DNA of 64,000 bases from Candidatus Scatovivens sp. (GTDB lineage Bacteria; Bacillota; Clostridia; TANB77; CAG-508). The notes beneath the pieces were generated by a model. That model ran no database searches and was not told the origin of the DNA. It worked only from the letters and a program-made list of their open reading frames with translations. Location: assembly GCA_051891335.1 (NCBI GenBank), contig JBJFFD010000035.1, forward strand, positions 13,829-77,828, in the 5' to 3' direction. Made by a program: the position numbers and the translations under genes. This document shows positions 49,200 to 58,884 of the stretch, piece after piece (positions within the stretch are counted from its first letter, which is position 1; the number at the start of each line of letters is the position of its first letter).

Positions 49200-50852
49200 T
49201 TAATTATTTTTATCCTCTTTTATTTTCTTTCTTACATCTTTTCTATTTTTATTAAGCTTATTAATTTGGTTTACTAAAAGATTTTCTTCTTCTTTTTTCT
49301 TTCTTCCTCTTTTCTTTGTTTTAATATTATTTATCTCTTCTTCAATTCTTATTTTTTCTTTTATTTTTTTCTCTGAAGTCTGAATTGACTCTATTCTATC
49401 TTTATATTTATCAAAGAATTTACTTGGTTTTCTTTTTTCTCTAGAAACTCTCTTAGTTGCTTTATTTACAATTTTTTGTTCCTTTTTATTTTCTTTTTCT
49501 ATATTATTTATTTCCTTGTTTTGCTCTTTTAATATAGAATTTATTAATAAATATTCAGTTTCATTTTGTAAATCTTTAAATTTTAATTCATTACAAATAA
49601 GCTCAATTATAGTGTTAGCTATTATATCTGGATTATGTCTTATTCTATTATTTTTAATACAAGACATATTTCTACTAATTATCTTAACATTAAATTTTGA
49701 AGCTCTATCAATATCAGACTCAACTATATCAGAACCTTCCTTATTATATTGCCTTATATACTCTGGAACTACATATCCTTCATCTGCTAAACAATAATCA
49801 AAAACTCCATCTCCAACATGAGCTTTTATAGCTCTAATATGGTCTGATAAAGAATAATTATCTGTCTGTCCAGGTTCTGTCATAATATTTGATATATACA
49901 TTTTTATAGCTTTGCTTTCTTTTATTGCTTTACTAACATTTTTTACTAATAAATTAGGTAAAACATTTGTATATAAACTACCAGGTCCTATAATTATTGC
50001 TTCAGCTTCTTGTATTGCTTCTATTACGCCAGGTGCTGGTCTACAATTTGATGGAGAGATATATATTCTATTTATAAGCTCTATCCTCTCAGAGACTATT
50101 TCTGGAATTTTATCTTTTCTTTCAATAACAGTTCCATCTGTTAATTCAGCACATATTGTAATTTCATCTAAAGTTACAGGAATAACTTTTCCTGTAATAT
50201 TTAATACTTCTGTACTTTTTTGAATTGCTTCTGAAATATTATCATATAATTCACTCATTGCTAAAAGATATATATCTCCAAAATTTAAATCTTTTAACAA
50301 ATCATTTTTAAATTTTAAATTCATTAAATTTCTCATTAATTCTTCTTTATCAGACATAGCTATTATGCTACTTTTTATATCATTAAGTGGCAACATTTCT
50401 AATGCCTTTCTTGATTTAGTTGGATCTAGTCCATAATCAGACATAGTTACTATAGCAGTGATATTATTTGTATATTTTTTCAAACCTTCTATAACAGTAT
50501 TTAAGCCTTCTCCTCCACCTATTACAACTATTTTTGGACCTTCTTCATAAACTTTTCTGTTAAAAATTAGTGATTTTATATTAATTTTTGCTTTATCACT
50601 ATTTTCTGAATTATTATTAGCTTCAATTAATATTTCTAGATTTCTTTTTTGTATAAAGACAATTCCCAAAACTACAAAAACAAAACCAATAACAAAAATT
50701 CCAATAATTCTTATCAATTCTGCAAAATCCATTTCATTATTAACTAATACTTTTGTAAATCCATAACAAGTTAAAATTATTCCTAAAATTATTAAAAACA
50801 TCCATCTTTTAACTTTTGTACTACCTCTAAACCATTCTAAAAAAGACTTCAT
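49200..50852 (-). CDS. YvcK/CofD-family protein with N-terminal TM helices and lysine-rich C-terminal tail
   Basis: The core reads KIVVIGGGEGLNTVIEGLKKYTNNITAIVTMSD...IIGPGSLYTNVLPNLLV, which is the YvcK fold. Two TM helices precede it and a K/E/R-rich tail of about 130 aa follows. The start is placed at ATG 50852 (AAGGGAG SD); the ORF-track start at 50867 is a TTG. Confidence 0.65.
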   Translation of the reverse strand: MKSFLEWFRGSTKVKRWMFLIILGIILTCYGFTKVLVNNEMDFAELIRIIGIFVIGFVFVVLGIVFIQKRNLEILIEANNNSENSDKAKINIKSLIFNRKVYEEGPKIVVIGGGEGLNTVIEGLKKYTNNITAIVTMSDYGLDPTKSRKALEMLPLNDIKSSIIAMSDKEELMRNLMNLKFKNDLLKDLNFGDIYLLAMSELYDNISEAIQKSTEVLNITGKVIPVTLDEITICAELTDGTVIERKDKIPEIVSERIELINRIYISPSNCRPAPGVIEAIQEAEAIIIGPGSLYTNVLPNLLVKNVSKAIKESKAIKMYISNIMTEPGQTDNYSLSDHIRAIKAHVGDGVFDYCLADEGYVVPEYIRQYNKEGSDIVESDIDRASKFNVKIISRNMSCIKNNRIRHNPDIIANTIIELICNELKFKDLQNETEYLLINSILKEQNKEINNIEKENKKEQKIVNKATKRVSREKRKPSKFFDKYKDRIESIQTSEKKIKEKIRIEEEINNIKTKKRGRKKKEEENLLVNQINKLNKNRKDVRKKIKEDKNN

Positions 50853-50959
50853 TTTTTCTCCCTTCAATTACATTATTTATTTTTTCAGTCAGACAGAGTT
50901 TGTCCACACTATACTAGTCATTATTTACTCACGTTTAATGAATGTGACTTCTACTTACC

Positions 50960-51865
50960 TTATCTGTCTCCTATTACAATAATTTCCAATTCTATATTCT
51001 CACCAAATTTTTCATATACCTTTTGTTTTACTATTTCAATCAAATTAAGTATATCGTTAGATGTTGCATTATTTTTATTAATTATAAATCCAGCATGCTT
51101 TTCAGAAACTTGTGCTCCTCCTACAGAACATCCTTTCAAGCCAGCTTCATCAATAAGCTTTGCTGTTATAAATTTTTCATTTCTTTTAAAAGTACTTCCT
51201 GCACTTGGATATTCTAAAGGTTGTTTTTCTTTTCTTTGAAGAAATAATTCATTAATTTTTTCGAAAATTTGTTCCGAATTTTTATATCCAACTTTTAGTT
51301 TTGTTTCTAAAATTATGTATTTTTTTTCAAAATAAATACTTCCTCTATATCTAAATTCTTGTTCATCATTGGTTAGTGTTAAAACGTTTCCATTTTCATC
51401 CATAACTTTTGTTTCAGTTATTAATTCTTTAATTTCAAAGCCATAAGCGCCAGCATTCATTTTTACTGCTCCACCTATAGTTCCTGGAATTCCTATTAAA
51501 AATTCTAGATTATCCAATTCGTTTTCTATAGCAATTTTCCTTAATTTTGCTAATGGATAACTCGCTCCTATAGATAATATTGCAGATTCATTTTTCTTTT
51601 CTATTTCTATATCATCAAATTTTAATTTAATAATAATTCCTCTAAATCCTTTATCTGTTACTAAAACATTAGTACCGTTTCCTATAACAAAATAAGATAT
51701 ATTTTCTTTTTTTATTAAATACAATAATTGTTTTAATTTATCAATAGAATCTACAGTAACAAAAAAATCTGCTATTCCACCTGTTTTAAAAGAAGTATGT
51801 TTCTTCATAATTTCATTTTCTAAAACATTTTCTTCTCCTAAAATTTCAATTAATTTATTTCTCAT
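50960..51865 (-). CDS. murB: UDP-N-acetylenolpyruvoylglucosamine reductase
   Basis: 301 aa with an FAD-binding region (GGIADFF...IGNGTNVL), GIPGTIGGAVKMNAGAYG and GGAQVSEKHAGFIIN motifs. Confidence 0.9.
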   Translation of the reverse strand: MRNKLIEILGEENVLENEIMKKHTSFKTGGIADFFVTVDSIDKLKQLLYLIKKENISYFVIGNGTNVLVTDKGFRGIIIKLKFDDIEIEKKNESAILSIGASYPLAKLRKIAIENELDNLEFLIGIPGTIGGAVKMNAGAYGFEIKELITETKVMDENGNVLTLTNDEQEFRYRGSIYFEKKYIILETKLKVGYKNSEQIFEKINELFLQRKEKQPLEYPSAGSTFKRNEKFITAKLIDEAGLKGCSVGGAQVSEKHAGFIINKNNATSNDILNLIEIVKQKVYEKFGENIELEIIVIGDR

Positions 51866-51874
51866 AAATCTCTC

Positions 51875-52615
51875 CTAATTCGTAATGCTTACCTCGTGAG
51901 AACTAGTATTGCCTAAAGTATCTTGATTATATCCTTTTAAAGGACTTGTAGAAGAACCAACTTTTTCAACATATCCAGTTTGATAATTTACTTTAAAAGT
52001 TGAATTATTAATTCCTGTACCAGTAATTCCAAGTATTTCGAAATCACTTTTTTCTATTTCAAGTTTTATATTATTTCTGAATTCTATAGCTTCGTTCTTT
52101 TTATCTTCAGTACTTTTATAAAGTATATAGGTTTCTTCTTCTATATAATACTTTTTATCTTCTTCATTATTTTTATCTAATTTTTTACTAAAATCACTTA
52201 CTTCCAAGTTGCCTTGCAAATTATTTATAATATATGGCATCCTTATTTCTTTTTTTTCTAAATCATAAAATTTAAGATTTGGAGTTGATGATGTTTTTAC
52301 AATTAAAATAGCATCTGTACCAAAAATATCATATAACGACTTTTCTTTATCATTAGAAATTTCATATTCACCGTCATCTTTTTTACTTCCAAGTAATTTC
52401 ATATTTTCATCACTTTTATTTTGAATATATTCTTCATATTTTTCTTTTATTGCATGTTGTACAATAAGCATTTCACTCAAATCTTGTGATTCCACAGTTT
52501 GATCTATTGAATCTATACTTAAAGTTATTGTTATTCCTGTTATTATAAGTATTACTATTATTGTTATTACTAATACTATTAAAGTAATTCCTTTGTTATA
52601 GTTTAATTTTATCAT
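51875..52615 (-). CDS. pilin/pseudopilin-like secreted protein (non-canonical N-terminus)
   Basis: 246 aa. The N-terminus, MIKLNYNKG-ITLIVLVITIIVILII, resembles a prepilin leader plus hydrophobic helix but has V rather than E at +5. The rest is hydrophilic. Confidence 0.3.
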   Translation of the reverse strand: MIKLNYNKGITLIVLVITIIVILIITGITITLSIDSIDQTVESQDLSEMLIVQHAIKEKYEEYIQNKSDENMKLLGSKKDDGEYEISNDKEKSLYDIFGTDAILIVKTSSTPNLKFYDLEKKEIRMPYIINNLQGNLEVSDFSKKLDKNNEEDKKYYIEEETYILYKSTEDKKNEAIEFRNNIKLEIEKSDFEILGITGTGINNSTFKVNYQTGYVEKVGSSTSPLKGYNQDTLGNTSSHEVSITN

Positions 52616-52728
52616 AAGTTAAAATTCTCCTATTTTTAATATATGCTTTATAATATCATTTTTTCCTTTTTTTTACAATACGAAGAATAAAAAAAACGTA
52701 CATTTTTGTACGTTTTTTAAAGAATTTA

Positions 52729-53955
52729 CTATACTATTTCTTTTATATCAACACTTCTAACGTGTTTAATTTTTTCCCATTTTGTGTTTTGTTTAAATAA
52801 ACATTTTATATTAATTAATAACCAAGATCCCATAAATAATGGATAGCATAAAATACCTTTAATCATTGGTTTTATTGGTTTTTTGTCTAATTTCATTGAA
52901 ATTGTTGCAACAATTCCTGGCATTAATAAACTTGTAATAATATATTTCGCATAATTAAATAATAATTCAGAAATTGTCATATATGAGCCAAAATATAATA
53001 AAGTGTTTAGAGCGACTATTGCTAAAGTAAGTATCATTATTGGTATGCACATAACATATAATAAACCATCAAAGTTCATTATTGTTCTGTTTTCTTTTAC
53101 ACCTTTTGCTAAATCTTTTGTATAATATTTTAAACATTGAATATGACCAACTGTCCATCTTTCTCTTTGAGACCAACTTTGTTTAAATCCAACTGGTTGT
53201 TCATCATATACTTTAGCATCTACAGCCCATCCTAATCTTCTTCCTTGAGCTATATTTATTAAAGAAAATTCAATATCTTCTGTTAATGTTTTAGTATTCC
53301 ATCCTGTTTCTTTAATTAAATCAAATTTTACCATAAATCCTGTTCCATTTATTAATGGAGAAAGACCTGCATTATATCTAGCTAAATGATAAAATCTGTT
53401 CATCATCCAGTAAAATAGTGCATATCCTGAAGAAATCCAAGAGTCTGTAGGATTTTTTATATCTCTGTATCCTTGAACAATTACTTCTCCTTGACACAAT
53501 TTTTTATTCATATTTTTCAAGAAATTTTTATCAACTATATTGTCTGCATCAAATACACAAAATGCATCATAATCAGCATTCTCTTCTATTTTTTTACCTA
53601 AAAACCAATTTAATGCAAATCCTTTTGTTTTTTTAGCTTCATCAAATCTTTTGTAGACAATTGCACCAGCCTCTTCAGCAATTTGTGCTGTTCCATCATT
53701 GCAATTATCTGCTATAACATATATATCGTAAAGTTCTTTTGGATAGTCTTGCATTTTTAAACTATCTATTAGATTTTTAATAACTGTTTCTTCATTATGG
53801 GCTGGTATTATAGCCATAAATTTATGATTTTTATTAATTTTCAAAGGTTTATCCTTTAATTTAATTAAAGAACAAAAACTTATTACTATTTGATAAGCCC
53901 AAAAAATTGTTAAAGACCAAATTAATGCTTGTTGTAAAATATATAAATACTTCAT
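52729..53955 (-). CDS. processive membrane GT2 glycosyltransferase (IcaA/BcsA-like)
   Basis: 408 aa with IIPAHNEE, ADNCNDGT, FDADN, TEDIEFS and QRERW (the Q(R/Q)xRW motif), flanked by TM helices. Confidence 0.75.
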   Translation of the reverse strand: MKYLYILQQALIWSLTIFWAYQIVISFCSLIKLKDKPLKINKNHKFMAIIPAHNEETVIKNLIDSLKMQDYPKELYDIYVIADNCNDGTAQIAEEAGAIVYKRFDEAKKTKGFALNWFLGKKIEENADYDAFCVFDADNIVDKNFLKNMNKKLCQGEVIVQGYRDIKNPTDSWISSGYALFYWMMNRFYHLARYNAGLSPLINGTGFMVKFDLIKETGWNTKTLTEDIEFSLINIAQGRRLGWAVDAKVYDEQPVGFKQSWSQRERWTVGHIQCLKYYTKDLAKGVKENRTIMNFDGLLYVMCIPIMILTLAIVALNTLLYFGSYMTISELLFNYAKYIITSLLMPGIVATISMKLDKKPIKPMIKGILCYPLFMGSWLLINIKCLFKQNTKWEKIKHVRSVDIKEIV

Positions 53956-54098
53956 TTTTTATAAAATTCCTTTCAATATTATTATTCACAAACATAACCT
54001 TTTATATTATAACACTTATTTTATTTTTTGGCAATATTTTACATTTTTTAAATTTTGTTTTTTTAATGTTCAGACTAATTTTAAATTGTAGAGAAAAT

Positions 54099-54123
54099 GT
54101 AGGGGTCGGCCTCGTGTCGACCC
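54099..54123 (-). repeat. GC-rich hairpin repeat, inverted orientation
   Basis: The minus strand reads GGGTCGACACGAGGCCGACCCCTAC, the same family. It lies immediately downstream of the pnp stop. Confidence 0.7.
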
Positions 54124-54139
54124 GTGAATTTATATTCTA

Positions 54140-56260
54140 TTAATTTTCTTGTTCTTCTTCAGAATATAAATCTTTTCTTGTTAAATTAATTCTTCCTTGT
54201 TCATCTATATCTGAAACTTTTACAGTAACTTCATCTCCTACTTTAAATACATCTTCAACTTTATTAATTCTTTCTTTTGATATTTTAGAAATATGAAGTA
54301 ATCCTTCTTTATCTCCTCCGATATCTATAAAAGCTCCGAAACTAGCTATTTTGGTTACTACTCCTGTATATATACCACCAACTTCAATTTCTCTTGTAAT
54401 ATCTTCAATCATGCCTTGAGCATCTATTCCTGATTTAGCATCTTTTGAATAAATAAATACTCTTCCATCTTCTTCTATATCAATTTTAACTCCAGTTTCT
54501 TCAATAATTTTATTAATTACTTTTCCACCAGTTCCTATTACATCTCTTATTTTATCTGGGTTTATTTTCATATTTATTATTTTTGGAGCATATTTTGAAA
54601 TTTCTTTTCTTGGTTCAGAAATTTGTTTTAGCATTATTTCGTCCAATATATATGCTCTAGCTTTTCTAGTTCTTTCAAAGGCTTCTGCTATTATATCATA
54701 TGTTAAACCATCCACTTTAATGTCTACTTGTATAGCAGTTATTCCATCTTTAGTTCCACCAACCTTGAAATCCATATCTCCAAAGAAATCTTCAATTCCT
54801 TGGATATCTGTAATAACAATGTAGTTGTTTGGATCATTTTCATCTGTTATTAATCCTGTTGAAATACCAGCTACTGGTTTTTTTATTGGAACACCAGCAT
54901 CCATTAATGCTAATGTTGATGCACAAATACTTCCTTGTGATGTAGAACCATTTGAACTTAATATTTCAGAAACCACTCTAATTGAATATGGAAACTCTTC
55001 TTCACTTGGTATTACTGGCAATAAAGCTCTTTCTGCCAAAGCTCCATGTCCTATTTCTCTTCTTCCTGGTCCACGAGAGGCTTTTGCTTCCCCAACACTA
55101 TATCCAGGGAAATTATAATGATGCATATATCTTTTGCTTTCTTCATTATCTAATCCATCTAAAACCTGTTCTTCGCTTTTCATTCCTAAAGTAGCTATAG
55201 ATAAAACTTGAGTTCTTCCTCTTGAAAATAAAGCACTTCCATGTACTCTTGGTAATAGTCCAACTTCACATGATAAAGGTCTTATATCATAAATTCCTCT
55301 TCCATCAACTCTTTTATGTTCTTCTAAAATTAATTTTCTTACTGTCTTCTTTTCTAGTTTATATATAGATTCTCCAATATCAAATTTATCTTCTTCTGCT
55401 TTTTCTTCTCCAAATTTTTCAGCATACCATGCTTTAATATCTTCAGTTAATTTTGATATTTTTTCATCTCTTTCAGGTTTGTCTGGTGTTTGAACTTCTT
55501 CTTTCATTTTTGTTGCAAATTCTTCTGCAATAATATTATAAACTTCTTCATTTACAGCAAATGATTTGTATTCAAATTTAGGTTTTCCAATTTCATTTTT
55601 AATATTATTTATAAATTCACAAACTTTTTTTATTTCTACATGTGCTCTTTTTATTGCCTCTAGCATTATATCATCTGGAATTTCATCAGCTCCTGCTTCA
55701 ATCATAGCAATTTTATCTAATGTTCCTGCAACAGTTAAAGTTAATCTACTATTATTTCTTTGTTCTTCTGTTGGATTTATTATTATCTCATCATTAACAT
55801 ATCCAACAGCAACTGAACCTGTTGGTCCATTAAATGGAATATCTGAAATACTTAGTGCAGCAGATGAACCTATCATTGCACAAATTTCAGGCGAGCAATC
55901 TTGGTCAACTGATAATACTAAACAACTAACCACAACATCATTTCTAAAATCTTTTGGAAATAGTGGTCTAATTGGTCTATCAATAACCCTTGAAGTTAGT
56001 ATCGCCTTTTCTGTTGGTTTTCCTTCTCTTTTTTGAAAACTTCCTGGTATTTTTCCAACAGCATATAATCTTTCTTCATAATCAACAGATAATGGGAAAA
56101 AGTCTATTCCCTCTTTTGGTTCTTTAGATGCTGTAGCATTTACTAGTACTACAGTTTCTCCATATCTTACTAATACGCTTCCATTAGCTAGTCCAGCCAT
56201 TTTTCCTGTTTCAATTATTAATTCTCTTCCAGCTAAATCCATACTATAAGTTTTAAACAT
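54140..56260 (-). CDS. pnp: polyribonucleotide nucleotidyltransferase (PNPase)
   Basis: Two RNase PH domains plus KH and S1 domains are recognisable (MFKTYSMDLAGREL..., ...GGKVINKIIEETG..., ...YTGVVTKIASFGAFIDIG...). I place the start at ATG 56260 (AGGAGG 8 nt upstream). The ORF-track start at 56293 adds 11 unlikely residues. Confidence 0.93.
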   Translation of the reverse strand: MFKTYSMDLAGRELIIETGKMAGLANGSVLVRYGETVVLVNATASKEPKEGIDFFPLSVDYEERLYAVGKIPGSFQKREGKPTEKAILTSRVIDRPIRPLFPKDFRNDVVVSCLVLSVDQDCSPEICAMIGSSAALSISDIPFNGPTGSVAVGYVNDEIIINPTEEQRNNSRLTLTVAGTLDKIAMIEAGADEIPDDIMLEAIKRAHVEIKKVCEFINNIKNEIGKPKFEYKSFAVNEEVYNIIAEEFATKMKEEVQTPDKPERDEKISKLTEDIKAWYAEKFGEEKAEEDKFDIGESIYKLEKKTVRKLILEEHKRVDGRGIYDIRPLSCEVGLLPRVHGSALFSRGRTQVLSIATLGMKSEEQVLDGLDNEESKRYMHHYNFPGYSVGEAKASRGPGRREIGHGALAERALLPVIPSEEEFPYSIRVVSEILSSNGSTSQGSICASTLALMDAGVPIKKPVAGISTGLITDENDPNNYIVITDIQGIEDFFGDMDFKVGGTKDGITAIQVDIKVDGLTYDIIAEAFERTRKARAYILDEIMLKQISEPRKEISKYAPKIINMKINPDKIRDVIGTGGKVINKIIEETGVKIDIEEDGRVFIYSKDAKSGIDAQGMIEDITREIEVGGIYTGVVTKIASFGAFIDIGGDKEGLLHISKISKERINKVEDVFKVGDEVTVKVSDIDEQGRINLTRKDLYSEEEQEN

Positions 56261-56425
56261 TTTTAAATTCCTCCTAAATTTTATTTTGCTCATTTATTTG
56301 AAATGTAACCTCTACAATACATTATTTTTTTATACTATATTGTACAAGCTACCTTATCAAATAAATAGCAAATACATTTTACTATAAATGTATTCAAAAA
56401 TCAATATTTTGTAATTTATTAATTG

Positions 56426-56579
56426 AAGAACAAAAGTGGCATGTTTAAAATTCTTTAACATTTTAGAGAACTTTTCATGCCGCGTCTTTGTTCGCCCGCG
56501 AAAATTTCTTCAAAAATTTTCTGTGGAATGTTGGCGAAGCCTTTATATAATAGGAATTGCAGAGCAATTTCCTATTATA
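56426..56579 (+). repeat. copy 2 of the conserved ~125-nt structured element plus covarying hairpin (rpsO-pnp intergenic)
   Basis: 56426..56551 matches 12218..12343 with 5 mismatches. The following hairpin, TATAAT-AGGAATTG-CAGAG-CAATTTCCT-ATTATA, has a different sequence from copy 1 but the same architecture. Confidence 0.75.
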
Positions 56580-56586
56580 TAAATAA

Positions 56587-56612
56587 AACCTCTAGCATTT
56601 CTGCTAAAGGTT
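56587..56612. terminator. hairpin terminator downstream of rpsO (bidirectional shape)
   Basis: AACCTCTAGCA-TTTC-TGCTAAAGGTT has T-runs on both strands. Confidence 0.55.
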
Positions 56613-56620
56613 CTATTTTT

Positions 56621-56896
56621 TTATTTTCTTAAAGATAATTTTTGAGTAATTTCTCTATATCTATTTATATCTTTTTTAGATAAATAGTTTAACAAACTTC
56701 TTCTTTTACCAACCATTTTAAACAATCCTCTTCTTGAGTGATTATCTTTTTGATGAACTTTTAAGTGTTCAGTTAATTCAGCTATTCTTTCTGTTAAAAT
56801 AGCTATTTGAACTTCTGGTGAACCTGTATCTTTTTCATCCCTTTTGTAAGTGTTAATAATTTCTTGTTTTCTTTCCTTTGTCATAATTTTTGACAT
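56621..56896 (-). CDS. rpsO: 30S ribosomal protein S15
   Basis: 91 aa, ...[66 protein letters not shown]... The true start may be the second ATG at 56884. Confidence 0.93.
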   Translation of the reverse strand: MSKIMTKERKQEIINTYKRDEKDTGSPEVQIAILTERIAELTEHLKVHQKDNHSRRGLFKMVGKRRSLLNYLSKKDINRYREITQKLSLRK

Positions 56897-57040
56897 CCTC
56901 CTATATTTTATTTGCCATAAACTGAGTTTTAGTAGGTTTTCTCAAAAACTAAGTTTATGGTATTTAACCTTTAATATTATACATTAATAATAATAAAAAA
57001 TCAAGCATTTTTTTATTATTACTTATTAGTTTTAAAAAAT

Positions 57041-57066
57041 CCCCATGGCTTAATTTTAGCCAGGGG
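57041..57066 (-). terminator. intrinsic terminator downstream of rny
   Basis: CCCCATGGCT-taatttt-AGCCAGGGG is flanked by AAAAAA and TTTTTT. Confidence 0.65.
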
Positions 57067-57110
57067 ATTTTTTATACAACAGGAAGTTTCGTCGAGCTTC
57101 CCATGTTCTG

Positions 57111-58655
57111 TTATTTTGCAAAATCTGTAACTCTAGTTTCTCTTATTACATTTACTTTTATTTGTCCTGGATATTCCATTTCATTTTCTACTCTTTTAGC
57201 AACTTCTCTTGCCATTATCACCATTTCAGCATCTGATACTTTTTCTGGTTTTACTATTAAGCGCACTTCTCTTCCTGCTTGAATAGCAAATGATTTTTCA
57301 ACTCCTTCAAAAGAATTTGCAATTTCTTCCAATTTTTCAAGTCTTTTAATATATGCTTCAAGAGTTTCTCTTCTAGCTCCTGGTCTAGAAGCTGATATAG
57401 CATCTGCTGCTTGTACCAAAACAGCTTCTATTGAAATCGGCTCTACATCACCATGGTGAGCTTCTACTGCATTAATAACTATATTGTTTTCTTTATATTT
57501 CTTTAATACATCAACACCTATTTCGACATGAGTACCCTCCATATCGTGATCTAATGCTTTTCCTATATCGTGTAATAATCCAGCTCTTCTTGCAATTTTT
57601 GAATTTAATCCAATTTCATCTGCTAATATTCTAGCTAAGTTAGAAACTTCTATTGAATGATTTAAAACATTTTGACCATAACTTGTCCTATATTTTAATT
57701 TTCCTAAAAGTTTTACTAAATCTGGATGTAAATTATTTACCCCTGTTTCTAATGTAGCTCTTTCTCCTTCTGATTTAATTTCTGCCTCAATTTCTTCTTT
57801 TGCTTTTTCAACTACTTCTTCAATTTTAGCAGGATGTATTCTTCCATCATCTATTAATTTTTCTAATGCTCTTTTAGCCACTTCTCTTCTTAAAGGATCA
57901 AATCCAGATATTACAACCGCTTCTGGTGTATCATCTATTATTAAGTCAATTCCAGTTAAATTTTCTAAAGTTTTTATATTTCTACCTTCTCTACCTATAA
58001 TTCTGCCCTTCATTTCATCACTTGGTAATTCAACAACAGATACTGTAGTTTCTGAGGTATGGTCAGCAGCACATTTTTGTATAGCAAAACCAATTATTTC
58101 TCTTGCAATTTTATCAGATTCTTCTTTTGTTTTTGCTTCGAATTCTCTTATTTTATTTGCTTTTTCTTGAGTAATCTCATCTTCAACTATATCTAAAAGC
58201 TCTTGTTTAGCTTGTTCTGTAGTATATCCTGAGATAGTTTGCAACTTTTCTAATTCTCTATTGTATAATTCTTCTAGTTCTTGAACTTTTTGTTGATGTT
58301 CAGAAAACTTTCTTTCTAATTCTTTTTCTTTAGTCTCAAATATTGATGAACGTTTTTCTAAGTTTTCTTCCTTTTGAATTAATCTTCTTTCTTGTGACTG
58401 AATGTCGCCTCTTCTTTCTTTAATCTCTTTATCCAAATCATTTCTTATTTGTAATGCTTCTTCTTTAGCTTTTATAATTTCTTCTTTTTTTAAATTTTCA
58501 GCTTCACTTTTAGCTTTAAAATAAATTCTTTCAACTTCTTTTTCTGCACTTTGAATTTTAGATTCTGCAATTCTTTTCCTTATAATTACACCAATTGGAA
58601 TAAAAACCACAGCTGAGATAAGAATAGTGGCAACAATTATTAATACTGTTTGCAT
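57111..58655 (-). CDS. rny: ribonuclease Y
   Basis: 514 aa with an N-terminal TM helix, a long E/K coiled coil, a KH domain ([15 protein letters not shown]) and an HD domain (LLHDIGKA). Confidence 0.93.
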   Translation of the reverse strand: MQTVLIIVATILISAVVFIPIGVIIRKRIAESKIQSAEKEVERIYFKAKSEAENLKKEEIIKAKEEALQIRNDLDKEIKERRGDIQSQERRLIQKEENLEKRSSIFETKEKELERKFSEHQQKVQELEELYNRELEKLQTISGYTTEQAKQELLDIVEDEITQEKANKIREFEAKTKEESDKIAREIIGFAIQKCAADHTSETTVSVVELPSDEMKGRIIGREGRNIKTLENLTGIDLIIDDTPEAVVISGFDPLRREVAKRALEKLIDDGRIHPAKIEEVVEKAKEEIEAEIKSEGERATLETGVNNLHPDLVKLLGKLKYRTSYGQNVLNHSIEVSNLARILADEIGLNSKIARRAGLLHDIGKALDHDMEGTHVEIGVDVLKKYKENNIVINAVEAHHGDVEPISIEAVLVQAADAISASRPGARRETLEAYIKRLEKLEEIANSFEGVEKSFAIQAGREVRLIVKPEKVSDAEMVIMAREVAKRVENEMEYPGQIKVNVIRETRVTDFAK

Positions 58656-58884
58656 AATAATTTACCTCTTTTCTATTAATTTTTCAATGTACAAATAAAT
58701 TATTTTATATTTTACATTTAATATTTATATAATTTATATTGTATTTAATCTTACTATTCTATTTTATATTTATTATTGTAAACTGTCAAGGACTTTTTTA
58801 TATTTATAACTTCAAGATTCTAACATTGATTTATTCTTATTTTAGTGGTATATTTATTAAGTGTTGTAAAGGAGTTGAATAAAT

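Noticed and set aside
55566-56036. 156-aa plus-strand ORF, plus similar antisense ORFs from the track (e.g. 2294..2632, 8876..9112, 15058..15423, 38880..39284, 49912..50223, 61867..62259)
   Set aside because: All lie entirely inside well-supported minus-strand genes, lack SD sequences, and translate to low-complexity Phe/Ile/Leu/Ser-rich strings, as expected from the antisense of AT-rich coding DNA.
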